A DNA stretch of 64,000 nucleotides from Zygnema circumcarinatum SAG 698-1b (GCA_037447605.1 CM074814.1:2542001-2606000), one strand, 5' to 3'; shown: positions 12,658-25,419, counted from the stretch's first letter. A program made the numbers and translations. The notes: a model not told the origin generated them from the letters alone.

Positions 12658-14045
12658 TGTAGCGGCCTTCTGATCGCCCCGAAAGGGAAGAGATTCTTAG
12701 AGCCGGCGTGGCTTTATGTTTCCGTCAATCACATTACTAGCGGTTAAGGCATCGGATACCATGGGGCGGCGGAGGTCTGAAAGTTGAACCATAGAAGCTG
12801 GTTGTAGGCAGGGCACGCCAGCGCGTAATCTCTATGGGCCCAGCGTCGGCAAGGTCCCTCGGCGTAGAGGGAGGGATCGCGGCTTCGCGGCACGGGACGA
12901 TCGGTCAGCGATTGGATCGGGCAGCGGCGATCCCCACAGGGAGTGGCGGATTCGTCGATGCGATTCACGGGGAACGGTTAATTACCCGGTGTAGCAGCCT
13001 TCTGTCGCCCAAGGGGAAGATTTACCAGAGCGTGGCTTTATATTTCCGTCAATCGTTACCTAGCGGTTGAAGCGTCGGATACATGGGGCAGCGGAGGTCT
13101 GAGTTGAACCTTAATGACTGGTTACTTGATGGGGCATATATCTCGCGGGCTGCGTGTGACAAAGGTCCCCTCCGGTAGAGGGAGGATGGCGAGCTAACGG
13201 CGCGCGGGACCAATCGGTCGGTGGATCGGGCGCGGCGGATCCACAGAATTAGCCCGTCGTCGATGGGTGCGGTTACCCGATAGTGCGGGCCCAGTTGTCG
13301 GTCCCGAACCCAGCGCCCGGCGTAGGATCGGCCGTTACGCCGGCGTCTGGCGGTAGCGCGCGTCGCTGGCGTGCTTGTAGCGGAATCTGGCGGCGTTAAA
13401 TGCGTTATGCGCTGTGACCCATTCAGTCGAGAGAGGGCGTGGCGATGCCGTTGGGCGACCCTCTTCCCGATCACCTCCATCTTGTTAGGAGGTTCCAGGG
13501 GGCGTAAAGGAAATTAGGTGGCCGTAAAGCCATGACCAACATCTGCGGCATCTGTTGCGCGCCCGTCGGTACACTCCCGCTCTGAAAGCTTTACCACCTA
13601 CGGCTGATCTTTGGTGTATAATTCAGCGCTTGGTGAGGCGGGGATTTTCGGCCCGTTACATGCGAACCCAATTTGTCGGTCGGACCGCGCTTTCAGCGTA
13701 GAGATCAACCGTGCACCGGCTTTGTCTGGCCAGCGCCCAGCGTCGCGTCGCATGCATGAAATGCGGCAGCGTTAAATGCGTTATCGCCTACGACCCATTC
13801 AGTGAGAGGGCCGCGTCTTGTCTGCCATTGGAGCGGCCACCTGCTTCCAATCCCTCCCATCTTTGTGGAGGGATTCCAGCGAAGAAAGTGGGTGGTATGG
13901 TCGCTGACAACTATCTGCGTATCTGATTTGCGCGCCCGTCATTTCCTCCCATTCACGGAGCTCTCTCTCTCTCTCTCTCTCTCTAGAACTCCGTGAGTCT
14001 TGGTGTGTGTAATTCCTTGCCCGGTACGAGGTGATGCTTTGATCG
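12658..14045 (+). mobile_element. Chromovirus 3' LTR with internal tandem duplications; PPT at 12648-12657
   Basis: Polypurine GAGGGGGTAA is immediately followed by TGTAGC, complementary to the GCTACA end of the 5' LTR. It is homologous to 2593-3305. Segments 12658-12990 and 12990-13330 are repeated, and GCGTTAAATGCGTTAT..GACCCATTCAGT recurs at about 13390 and 13765. Confidence 0.7.
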
Positions 14046-17000
14046 TGCGCTGTATTTGCCTCTTTGCAATTCACGTAACCACTAATTGCAGTAGCGGCCC
14101 CGATTAGGCTGCCCGCCGGCTGACCAACGGTGGTATACCGCGCCACCCGCCCATCTGATAGCGTTGATACTATTGTCCGTACATCCCACGTCTGATTGGT
14201 ATGCGCCGTCCAAATCCCACAACTCACCGAGGTATACGGCTATCCGTCTGGCGAGCAATCCCAGCAGGATTTGATCTTTGTCGAAGGCCAATCCGGGCTG
14301 GCGGTTGGTCATAGAATCTCACCGGTGGCCTTTGGTTAACATGGCTGACTTGCTCCAAAGTGCCGCGCAAAATGTCTGAACTTACCTTGCGGCCCCTCCC
14401 ACACATTCCGCGGGCGTAATGATGTTGAATCTTGATATTGCTTGAATCGTTTGTGAAGAGCGGGGTTCTCCACCAGCCTTGTCCGAAGATTTATTTAGCC
14501 GGGATTAGCGGCTTGATTTGATTACTGCGGCCTCACGCATTCGCCGAAAAGTTACTGTAGCAAATGCGCCTCCTTGGTGGCGTGGCGGGGCTAACGATAT
14601 ATTCAGCCTCTGTGCCAACTGGCGCCACCGTATCTCTTGTAGTTTTGAGCTCGAGTCAAGATCACGCCCTTGATTAATGAACCGTATCACGATGTTACGA
14701 TTTTGGCGTATGGGGATCTCCCTCCCCAATCGGCGTCAAGTGGCAACGTACACCCGGCTTCTTTGCCCCCTCTCAAATTTTATCCGATCCTAACTGACTC
14801 CCTTTTACGCCAAGATCCGTTTGACGCCTCGATGTTGTAGATCACGGATTACATGTACTTTGAGAATTTTACGTACTAAGCTGCTTTGGCTAAGTACGGC
14901 CTAGTACCTACCATCACATACAGCAAGGGCTACCGATGGCTGGCGGTATGGAATGTTGGTCATCGCCTTGTCCTCCGCCGCAGTCTGAGTCTCCATCTCC
15001 TTCGAGAGTCGTACACTGCAATCCATGGGGTTGGCAGTGGGGACACAATCTTGCATATGAAATTTTGCAAGAATATCCCGGGCTTATTTCTCCTGACTCA
15101 TAAATAGGCTTCCCTCGGCCCCCCTCTTAAGCTGAATCCCTAATAGGTACTCAGCTTCCCCGAGATCGGACATCTGGAAGTTTGTCTTCATAAGATCTTT
15201 GAGATCCTGAAAGCTCGTCATGGATTGGCTTATGACAATCAAATCGTCCCGCGTATATGCCAGCGCATTACACCATCTTGTCTCCTTCCTCCTTCACAGC
15301 AGAGCGGGTGATGCCATTTCCGAATCCCCGGTAAAATCCGTTAGCTTCGCCAAAAGATTATGGAATTTTCTGTCAGTCAACACCGCACACAATTTTTCCT
15401 TACATACCTTGGTAGTCCCTTGAGGTTGGTCCATGAATTCCTCCTCTAGATGCTTGATACGGGGAAGCGTAATATCTAATTGGTGCCGCGTGCATGTCCT
15501 CGAGGAGTTCGCGATGGAGATTAGGGATCCTGAGAGAGTTGGAGTGACAACTGGAGCAAGGTCTGGGAGCGAGTCTAGTCCGTCGCTGGCGTACCCCTTT
15601 CGCGACCAGTCTGGCTTTGTACCTATCAATGCTTCGGTCCAGTTTTCCTTTTTGATTTAAGACCCATTTACATCCTATGGTCTTTACGCGGTGAGCATTT
15701 GCTCCGACGCCCGCGTGCCATTCCGGGGCGGGGCTATGTAACTCAGCATCCAATAGCCGTACTCACGCCCTTCGCGTCAGGTACTCTCAAAGCGGCCCTT
15801 GAGTTTGGGGCTCGAATCGTTCACCATCAGGCAGTACGCCATGGGCGCAAAATCCGAGAATTGATTGAGCCGGCGCGGTCTCGACACTCCGCCAGCGGAC
15901 TCTTGCAGGTGTCGTCTGGGGATGCTCGTGGGGTCAAGCGCCGCGGAGACACATCGGCGGGTTCCCCTGCGTGAGTGAATCAATCCTGGATTGAGTCACG
16001 TAGTTGATTATGCGGCGAGCGTCGAGGCGAAGGCGACTACGGCGTAATGGATTGAGAATTACCGACTCCATGCTCCTGGTTTACATTGCCCGCGGCGGCA
16101 CTTTAGCGCTGGGAAGGGACGCAAGGCTCGACGCTTCTTCTGCACTTCTTCCCCTCTTAGGTAGAAGAACCTCAACTCACTTGGTTCGGATTGTGAGGTG
16201 GTAGCGATGTCACGAGGCGGGTCATGCGTGAGGTGAGGTCAACAGCGAAAGTGACATCCGACTCTTGTCAACAACTTGTTTGTGACTGGGTTCCACACCC
16301 TATATGCCAAGAAGCTGTTAGGAATAGCCGAGAAAATAACACGGATTTGGTGAGGCAGCAAATTTAGATTGTTGCCTGCCAAGCTTTGGGAGCGAAGCCA
16401 GCCAGCATTTGGAGCCCAGGGCAGCGTAAATGCTTCCTTGTGAGAGCTGCACCGCTGCATGCTTCCTCGGGACTTTTCTTGGAGTACAGCCTGTGATGGT
16501 AGAGCTTTGTTGGGATGTATCTTTGCCCGTCACAGGAACTGCCTCACCCGGAATGTGAGGAGGAGGAAAGGAGATGCGCTGAGCAGTCCTGGCCATATCT
16601 CTAGAGTTACATTGATCCTTTCGAGCTGCACCATTTTGTTGAGGAGTATCACGAGGGGCTGAAAACTCATCTTTGAATCCCAAAGGGGCCCGAAAATAAT
16701 CGGCAAGCTCACCAGACTTGTACTCCCCTCCATTATCAGATCTCAAAGTCTTGAGTTTAAGGCCAGTCTCCCTCTCAACCTGCAAATGCCACTCCTGAAA
16801 GGCGACAAAGGCCTCTGATTTGTGGGCTAAAAGTTTGACCCAAACTTTCCTGGAGAATTCATCCAAGAAAGTAATGAAGTACCTGGCTCCACCTGCACTT
16901 TTAGTGATTGGGCCGCAAAGGTGAGAGTGAACAAGTTGAAGAGCGTTCTTGAGCCGCGGTTCTCCTGAATTAGATTGCTTGCTAAAAGAATAGTGATGAG

Positions 17001-19229
17001 GCTTTATGCCAAAGCCGCGGTCTGGGCAGACATCTTGATCTTCAATGTGCAGTTGTGGCCCTAATCCTCCGGGCAAACCTTTTACACTTGAGATGGCTTC
17101 AAACTGGGAAAGCCTAAGTGACCCAGCCTGCGATGCCAGAGCTTGGCAGTAGAATTCTCAGTCACTGCACACACCTGTTCAAATTTCGCCTTCTTCCAGT
17201 CGAGAAAGTAGAGGCCGTTTCTCTCGGTGCCCTTGCACAAAGTCTGCCCGGTGGACTTCCGAACCACCTCACAAGCATCCCCATCAAACCAAGTTCTATA
17301 TCCATGTTTCCCCAACTGGGTGACTGAAATGGGGGTATTCACCACAGCAGGGTGTGCGGGACATTTCAATGGAAGAGCGGTTTTCTTCGCGACTCAATGC
17401 GCTTCCAGCAATGAGGTCATAGCAGGTCGCGAGAATTTATCACCCGTGGCGGCATAGACCCGAGGCGAGAGTTTCCAACTGGTTGTAGCTACGCAAACAT
17501 GTGAGGCCTCGGCACACATGTGCTTTGACTACTCAAGTCGATGAGCCATGGATTCTTTGGGAGGATCCTCATCCTGAAACTGACCAACAAAAGCATCTTG
17601 TCATCATCCGCCCGAGCAGCAGATTAGTTTCCTGCGATTCGGGCGGTTACCGCTTTATGACTGCTTTTTCCTTGCAGAGTGTAGCATCGCCGTTAAATCC
17701 AGATTTTCCACTCGGCTCCAGCGCCCGGCTCTCGTTCATCTTCCCTTTGCTCGCGACAGTCCGGTGACAGATGTCTGGCTTTTACGAAGTGAAGCACCGC
17801 CAGCGGCTGCGGCCTGAATTTCGATCCTCCTTGCATCTCTTGACACATTTACAGCCCGGAAATGCTTCAGCACATTGTCAGAATGAAAGCGCTTCCCTTT
17901 CTGCTGCTGACGATTGTCTTCATCTTGGATTCTTCCCTTGACCTGGTCTATGTTCATTTTAGTACAGTTTAGAGTAGTTCTAAGTGAAGCAACAACCAGA
18001 TTGAACCTCGTGGGCAGTCCCTCCAAAAACACATCTATTTTATGATCTGAAGGTAAGGGCTGTCCGACTGCTACAAATCTGCTTATCAGGCTATTAAACT
18101 TAACCATATAGCTGACAAGAGTTTCAGCATCTTTCATATGTAAGCTTGCAAGGTCTGAATAAAGAGACTGACACTAGTACCTTCGTCTGAAATGTGATAA
18201 ACATCATACAGGCTTTTCCACATATCGGAAGCAATAGGAAGGTCAATTAGTAACCCCGCTGGTACAGTACCTACATTCATTGCAATATAACCAGCGACTG
18301 TCTCATTCATGTCGTTCCACTTTTCGTATTCTGCTACCTTTGTGATCGGTGGAGCCTTGATGGTTCCATCGACGTACTTCATGAGTTTCTTCGATTTCAA
18401 GAAGTACGTCATACGCCACTTCCAGGTTTTGTAATCTGTGCCATCGAAGATGGGCACTCTGTACTTCACAGCCTCGTCACCGTGTGCTCTGATACCACTG
18501 TCAGAGTTAGTTCCCCTTCGGATGTGCCCTCACTCACAGCGGAAGACATTACAGACTGAGTGAACACACAAGGGAAACTCGCTGAAAAATATGGAGAAAG
18601 CTCTCAGGCCTAAAAGAAACTCAGGTATTAAAATAAAGGCAGGATGATTACATAGAGTATATTCAGCACTAAGCCTAGCACTACTCTTTAAACACCCCCC
18701 CCCCCCCTTCTCTCGGTTCAACACACAGTCTCTAAACAGCCTACACAAGGCCTGTCAGACATTGTAAACTACAGAGAGTAATTCTAAGCTAAGCACTAAG
18801 CACTATAAATGCCGAAGCACTGAAGGGAGCCGCAGCTCCTCATTCGGCCGCACTCCCACCGCTCCAATAAGCCTCCATGTCTGCCGCGCCTTGCTCGCTT
18901 CGACGCCCGCCCTGGCTCCCGCCCTGGATCCCGCCCTGGCTCCCGCCCTGGCCACCGTATTGTGCTAGCTGGCTGCCCGGCAGGCCATGTCCTCCGCCCA
19001 ATGAGCCTGGGAGCTCGCCATTCCTGCGCTGCCTCCTTGCAATTCCTGTAACCCTAATTGCCAAGTGACGGCCCCCGATTGGCTGCCCCTTCGGCCCAGC
19101 CAACCGGTGGTATACCGCACCACCCGCCATACAATAAGCGTTCAGTACTATTGTCCGTACATCCGTACAGTTCGTATACTTCGTCCAAATCCCACAACTC
19201 TCAGCTGTACGGCTATCCGTACGCTGACA
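14045..19229 (-). mobile_element. Ty1/copia LTR retrotransposon: 5' LTR 18499-19229, PBS, gag, GAG-pre-integrase, integrase, RT/RNase H, and proximal part of the 3' LTR at about 14045-14255
   Basis: LTR termini are TGTCAG...CTGACA and the PBS is TGGTATCAGAGC (18486-18497). Gag: FDGTDYKTWKWRM, FLEGLPTRFNLVVASL. Pre-integrase: LWHRRLGHL. Integrase: LVHSHLCGP, YFITFLDEFSRKVWV, TLRSDNGGEY, TPQQNG. RT: IGCKWV..RYKARLVAKG, HQLDI..MDQPQG. Segment 14045-14255 matches 19020-19229. Confidence 0.92.
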
Positions 19230-19708
19230 TAGTTTAGTTTTTTGTTCCTAGTTTTTTTATTTTGTGCTTGTTTCATTTGCGACTAATTTCTTGTGGTTCC
19301 CATGTTGGCATTGTCCATGTTTATTTGATGGCCTCACCATCTTGAGACCAATGCAAATCCCCTTTTCTTTTGTCGCACATTGTTGGAAGTCAATAGTGAA
19401 AAGGAGAAAACGAGGGGATGGAATGTCCCAAAAATGATGAAGGGAGGGGGAATGAAAACAACCGAACTCGACACCTCCCGGTACCCACCCATAAACTTTA
19501 CCGTTAAAAGGCAACCGCGGAAATAAACGAACGATCATACGTTTAGTTTTATCGCGTTTTGCAACAGGGGACAGCGGAGGGGACGAAATGGGCGGGAAAA
19601 AGATTTTTTCCCGAAATATTCAAAACTGGGGGGTACCCAAAACGGGCAGGCAAAATTTTCAAAACGGGGGTGCGAAAGACAAAACGCGGGGGTGCAGTAG
19701 AGTTACCC
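19230..19708 (-). mobile_element. Other arm of the Mutator-like element; TIR about 19572-19708; TSD at 19709-19717
   Basis: See 3822-4237. Positions 19230-19234 read AACTA on the minus strand, matching the 5 bp after the copia LTR end at 3821. Confidence 0.8.
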
Positions 19709-20543
19709 CTTTTTTTAAAGACATGAACGAGCCGTACGGTACGGCGAAAAAGGAAAAATACGGCAACACGGCAGTGACGGCACGGCCCGCTGGCCGCGTT
19801 TCATTCTAAAAAAAAAAAAAAAGTTGCTGTCGGTGGATTTCCTTTGGCGCCTAGTGGTGGATACCGTACCTGTACGGATTCAAACATGTACAAAATTTGG
19901 TCCCTTTTTGTCCTTTTCCCGACAGTCGGTCGAATTCCGACGGGAAATCTTCTGACACTGTACATTCTGGACTCCGTACGATATATCGTATCGTATAATA
20001 TCGCATTGTCAAATATTATACGATATCCTTGATCGATATGTATCGATATATCCAAGCATATCGACATAGTACAGTACGGCCTCGTGTAGTTCCGTACCCC
20101 TCCATGAGCCCATGATACTACATAAATCCGTTCACGGTGGCATAGAAACCGTCAATTCTGACAGTCAGTTCTGCAGTTCATAGAACGGCTAGTTGCGCCG
20201 TCCGCGCCACTTTTTCTTCACGTCCAAACTTGGGTCGGCGACTTTTTCAAACTGCAAAATCTGCAAGATACTGAATCGAAGTTCAGCATTTCTTACCTTC
20301 TCATTTAAATCCCATACACTACTCCGTCCGAGCTAAGTAAACATCGGTACTCCGCTGAGTGGGTTTTTTTTTGCCGAAGTCCCTGTCGCAAGCTGGAGGC
20401 GACCCGAGAAAGCGAAGCAGTTCAAGAGGCAGGGGTCACTGAAAGGGCGATGAGAGGAGTTTGAAGGGCGGGAGGGGTTTTGAAAGGGTTTTGAAAGGGT
20501 CTTGGAAGGGTTTTGGAAGGGTTTGAAGAGGAGCTTCAGCAGC

Positions 20544-23500
20544 ATGGTGAAGCGGTATTGGAGAGCGCTTTTTATTTCCTCTTTTTTGGCGCTTCTTGTG
20601 GTGAAAGGAGTGCGGGATAGCTTGAATCAGGCGAGATCTGCGCAGATACTTTCTTTGCAGGAAGATTCTGCAGGCGAGGGAGACCCCGGAACAGAAGGTT
20701 CTGTACATCATGCGGCTGGAAGGAGGAGGCTCTTGGGGGTAATATGCTCTTGCCGTGCTCTGGATCAAGGTTTATAATAGCATTTATAAGAGCTATTAGA
20801 GGTCTGTTTGTGTGGCAGGAGAATGTCGTAGAGGGGTTTGAGCGAGCAATGTTTGCCTGGTTGTGGGAGGAGGGAGGAGGGAACGGATCAGGAAACGCAG
20901 GGATGGAGTGGGAGTGGAGGTTGTTTAGGATTTGTTGGGGGAAGTGGAGGGAGGGAGGAGGAGAGGTGAGGGACGGGAGGAGAGGAAAAGAGGGAGGAGG
21001 GGGCGACTTTCGGGGGGTAAGAGTGAGAGGGAGAGCGAGAGGGAGAGGGAGGGAGAAATTGAGGAGGGAGGGAAATGTGTGACTGGAAGGAAACGGAGGA
21101 GAGACGGAGAGCGACAGGGAAAGAAGAGGGAGTCATAGAGAAAGAATGTGAGGGTGAAGGTATACACGGTGTACTCATTCTCTTAGCTTAATTACCCTTA
21201 GAGAGTGAGAGAGAAAGAAAGGACTAACTCAACATCTTGCCTTGGGTAACTATCAATGGCACTGCTATTCCCTCTACATCTTGATGCACTCCTTCCCTCC
21301 CTCCCTCCCTCTCCCAGTGGAAGGAGCTGTAGATTGGGAGTCAGCAGAATGCATGTCAGGCCGTGATGGCTGGTTTTTTTCTTTGCTTTGCAGACGAGCC
21401 GCAATGTGGTGGAGGAGGTGAAGAAGTGGAAGGAGGCGCAGGGGAAGCGTGAGAAGGAGGACTCTGATTCGATCCCAAAACCTGAGCGAGCGCCGGGGGA
21501 GCCCTACACGCTTGGTCCTAAAATTTCAGGTGAGCAACAAATGTGTTCTTCTAATTGAATGCACTCATTTTATCGACCCCGTCCTGTGTTTGCATTTCTG
21601 AGTGTGCGTTTTTTCTTCTAGACTCAGGACTTAGCCGCTTGTTAACGGTATGGAGCTTATCTCGTATAAGACTGCTTGAACTTCCTTTTCAGGAATTGTT
21701 TATTTGACGATTATATTTTTTTGGAATTTGCAGACTGGGACGAGCAGAGAGCGGCGTACATTAAAAAGCATCCGGGATGCAATATGAAGAAGGGAAAGGA
21801 GAGGATTCTGCTGGTGACGGGTTCGCAGCCGAAAATTTGTGACAACAACATCGGAGATCATTTGCTGTTGAAGTCGATAAAGAACAAGCTTGATTACTGT
21901 AATCTTATGGGCATTGATGTCTTCTACAATTTTGCGTTGTTCGATAAGGAAATGTCCGGGTTTTGGTCGAAACTGCCCCTATTTAGACGGCTAATGCTCT
22001 CCCATCCGGAAGTGGAGTGGTTCTGGTGGATGGACTCCGATGCAATGTTCACAGGTCCGTGATCAACCATATCTGTAGATGATATATCATGTATATACCA
22101 CGTATCGGTGTCATTTATTATGTGTCATGATAGGCATATGGTTCATGCCTTGTAAACCAGAATGCAACTTGGCAGGTACCTGCCTTTCTGTGGCATCACT
22201 ATACCCTAGTTTGGTCCTCAGTCGACCATGGCTTTAGAGCCGTGAGGAACTAGTATCGACATTGATTAAAGGTTGGAAGAATGCAGTTCAGTGCTCGTAC
22301 TGATCTTTTGTTGACCCGGTTCAAAGCAGGCGAGGCTCTAAAAGTGGATGAGCAGTTACATGGGAAGTTGGGGAGAATTATAGACGCCTCTTTGTTTCGG
22401 TGAAAGGGAAAGCGACTTGTCTTTCGACTTTAATGTGGGATGTTTTTTTAAAGTTTAGGTTGTTCTTATGTCAGTCACTCCTTTGAGAGGGTGATTTCTG
22501 GCCGGTGTGTTGAATGCTCATTTGGATGTTTTGGTCTAAACTGTGAAGAGCAGACATGTCGTTCCAGCTGCCCATGGAGCGGTACAAGGACTACAATATG
22601 GTGCTGCACGGCTGGGATGAGCTCGTCTACCATCAAAAGAACTGGTTTGTTACTTATCTCTCGCCCTCTCTCTCGCTCTCTCTTTCTCTCGCTCCCCCCT
22701 TCCCCCCCCGGTGTTCAGCATGCGGTGCACTCATGTAATCTGAAAAGCCTAATGCATTTATAAGGATGGAGCATACGTGAAACAGTTGGATCAACGGAGA
22801 GAAGTTGATAAAAGCGGCCTGGAATGGAGGGGAGGAGGAGCTTGCGATTCGTTGTTTATATTTTGACTGCTTTTTGTGGGGAGGGTGCGTGGGATCGGAT
22901 ATGCAGGATTGGTCTCAACACTGGAAGTTTCTTAATGAGGAACAATCAGGTGAAACTCTTGGACCGCATCCAGCATTTATAGGGAGGAAAGTTGGTAGGT
23001 ATGCGTATGGTTAGCATGTATATGAAGTCGGAAGCAGAAGTGGCAAACCAGAAACAGAAACAGAAACAGAAATAAATGAGGAGGGGCAAGGAGAGTGAGA
23101 GGGAGAGAGGGCAGACGGGGTGACAGGAAGGAGAAGGAAGGCGAGGTGAGAGTGGAATAGATGGGGAGTAGTAGGGGGAGAAAAGGTGACTGAAAGGAAG
23201 CTGATCATAAGGTAATGCGAGGCTTACACATAGGAATACGGAATACACATAGGAAAGGTATTCATACTGCAAGAAAGGGATTAAGTGTTCATGTTGTGGT
23301 TTCTGAGGAAATGGGCAAATTGGTGGCTTGGAAGCAGTGGATGTTGGATCTTCTGGATGAGTGGGCCCCCATGGGGCCTAAAGGAAAACCCCGAGACGAT
23401 GCAGGAAAGCTACTTACTGCAACTTTGAAGGTAATCATTACTTCTCCTTTCTATCTTTTGTCTGCCCCTATTTTGGAGTCCGTTTTGGGTGTCATATGAC

Positions 23501-24517
23501 GGAGCATGATTCTGTTTAACCAATTACCAAACTGAACTCCACAGGGACGTCCTGCATTCGAGGCAGACGATCAATCGGCTCTTGTTTGGCTCCTGGCTCA
23601 GCAGAGGGACCGTTGGGGGGCCCTCACTTACTTAGAAAGTGCCTTCTACTTGCATGGATACTGGGCAATCCTTGTGCACAAGTGAGGATATCTCTCTCTC
23701 TCTCCCTCTCTCTCCCTCTCACTTTCTCTGTCCCTCCCTCGCTCTCTCTCGTGTGCGCATGTGCGTTTGCACTGCTCACTTCCTCTCCGCCCCCTTACCT
23801 CGAGCTCATGGAAGCATGCTCGTCCAAGTATCTATTTTCAAGGAGATATCGACTACTTGTGAATATTCTTTTTATGTTCTGAGTAAATTTGTGTGCATGT
23901 GCAGGTATGAAGAGATGATAGAGAAACACCATCCAGGCCTCGGCGATGACAGGTGGCCCTTTGTGACTCACTTTGTGGGATGCAAACCTTGTGGCAAACT
24001 GGAAGAGCTCGATCTCAACGAATTTTCTACATGCATTCACAACATGGAAAGGTCCGTTGCACAATGTGTTCACAAAGGCGTTCAGGCCTTCCCTCCTTTC
24101 CCGTCTCTCTCTTCCCACTTCCCCCCCCGGCTGCCTGAGTTCCATAACCTAAGGTCCTACCTTACAGCTTAGTTGGTCGGAAACTAGGTTCGGGGGTGCA
24201 ACGTGCGGTGGAGTTGTACCTCTCCGTGACAACCTTCGAAACCCTAATAATCATGGAAGCCCTGAACTAAGATTTTTATTGAAGTAAACAGGTGACCAGC
24301 GATGCTCTGAAGAGCGTTTTCTGCATGTCTATGTGTGAACAGGGCTTACAACTTCGCTGACAACCAGCTCCTTCGGCAGTTCGGATATGAGCATGTGGAC
24401 TTGAGCTCTACTTCCGTACGGTCTGTCAATGGCTCCACAAAAATGACTGAAGCTTCCCAAAAAAGTGCTGCAAGGGCCCTATCGGAGGCGAAAACTGAGA
24501 CCACAGAAACCACCTGA
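20544..24517 (+). CDS. XXT: Glycosyltransferase family 34, xyloglucan 6-xylosyltransferase (XXT1/XXT2-like), 9 exons
   Basis: Exons 20544-20738, 21394-21529, 21734-22054, 22554-22644, 22907-22949, 23338-23430, 23545-23681, 23905-24051 and 24343-24517 are in frame. An N-terminal TM anchor is followed by YTLGPKISDWD, LLVTGSQP, GDHLLLKSIKNKLDYC, HPEVEWFWWMDSDAMFTD, GWDELVYHQKNWIGLNTGSFL, FEADDQSAL, YLHGYW, WPFVTHFVGCKPC and RAYNFADNQ. The start codon is inferred. Confidence 0.93.
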
Positions 24518-25419
24518 AAAAGAGGGAGAAGGGAGGAAGGAGGGAGGAGGGAGGAGGGAGGAGGGGAGAGGAGAGGAGGGGAGAGGAAGTGGGAGGAGGG
24601 AGGACTCTGTTGTAGACAACCACTATTTTTGGCCTTGGGAGAGGTGTGAGAAGGAGAGTGGGAAGGGGAGTTGGAGGGGGAGCGGATGGGGGAGGGAGAG
24701 GGAACAGGTGCAGGTTCTGTTTAAGAAGCCAAATCCATTGTTGTGAATAATGTGTCATATTCAGAACGCACAGTTAAGGAGGCGGTAGCGGTCATCATTA
24801 GTTATTTGGCAGTTTCTAAGTTCGAGAAGTCTCTGCGGGTTGTGAGAGAATTTTTTTTATTGTTAGGAGATATTGGTAGGGGATGGTTAGGCTGAGGAGA
24901 GGCAGAATTAGGGTTTCGCAAGGATTGTGAGCGGAGTTGTGGAGGGAAAGAGGCACACTTCCTGTTGGCGTTTACAGTGTAAACCCCGTTAAAGAGGAGG
25001 TAATTTATGTTTTGAGGGGAGGAGAATTCTAGGAGTTTGAGGTTTGAGTTTGAACCATGCTCTCAGCTTGTGATGTGATGTGATGTGATATGGGTCAGAG
25101 TATGAAGATGTGCTGCATAAGACTGGATGAGGTACGATGATGATTGATGTGCATACAGTGGGTGATTCATTGTGATGTACTGCGATGCCTCGTGATGTTC
25201 ATAAGAACGCAGAGGCCCTCTTCTGCCTCGATTTGCTTTCCGTCCGCAGGCGAACAACATGTAAAACCGAATATTTACAATGCAAATTTCTTTCTTTTTC
25301 TTTTTTTTGGGTTACAATGAAGTGCATACAGGCAATGTAAGTTGTTAAAGAGATGCTTGGAGTAAAAACGCAGTAGTCTTTTTCATGCTCACTTCACATG
25401 ATGTCTTGTTCCTGGTATT

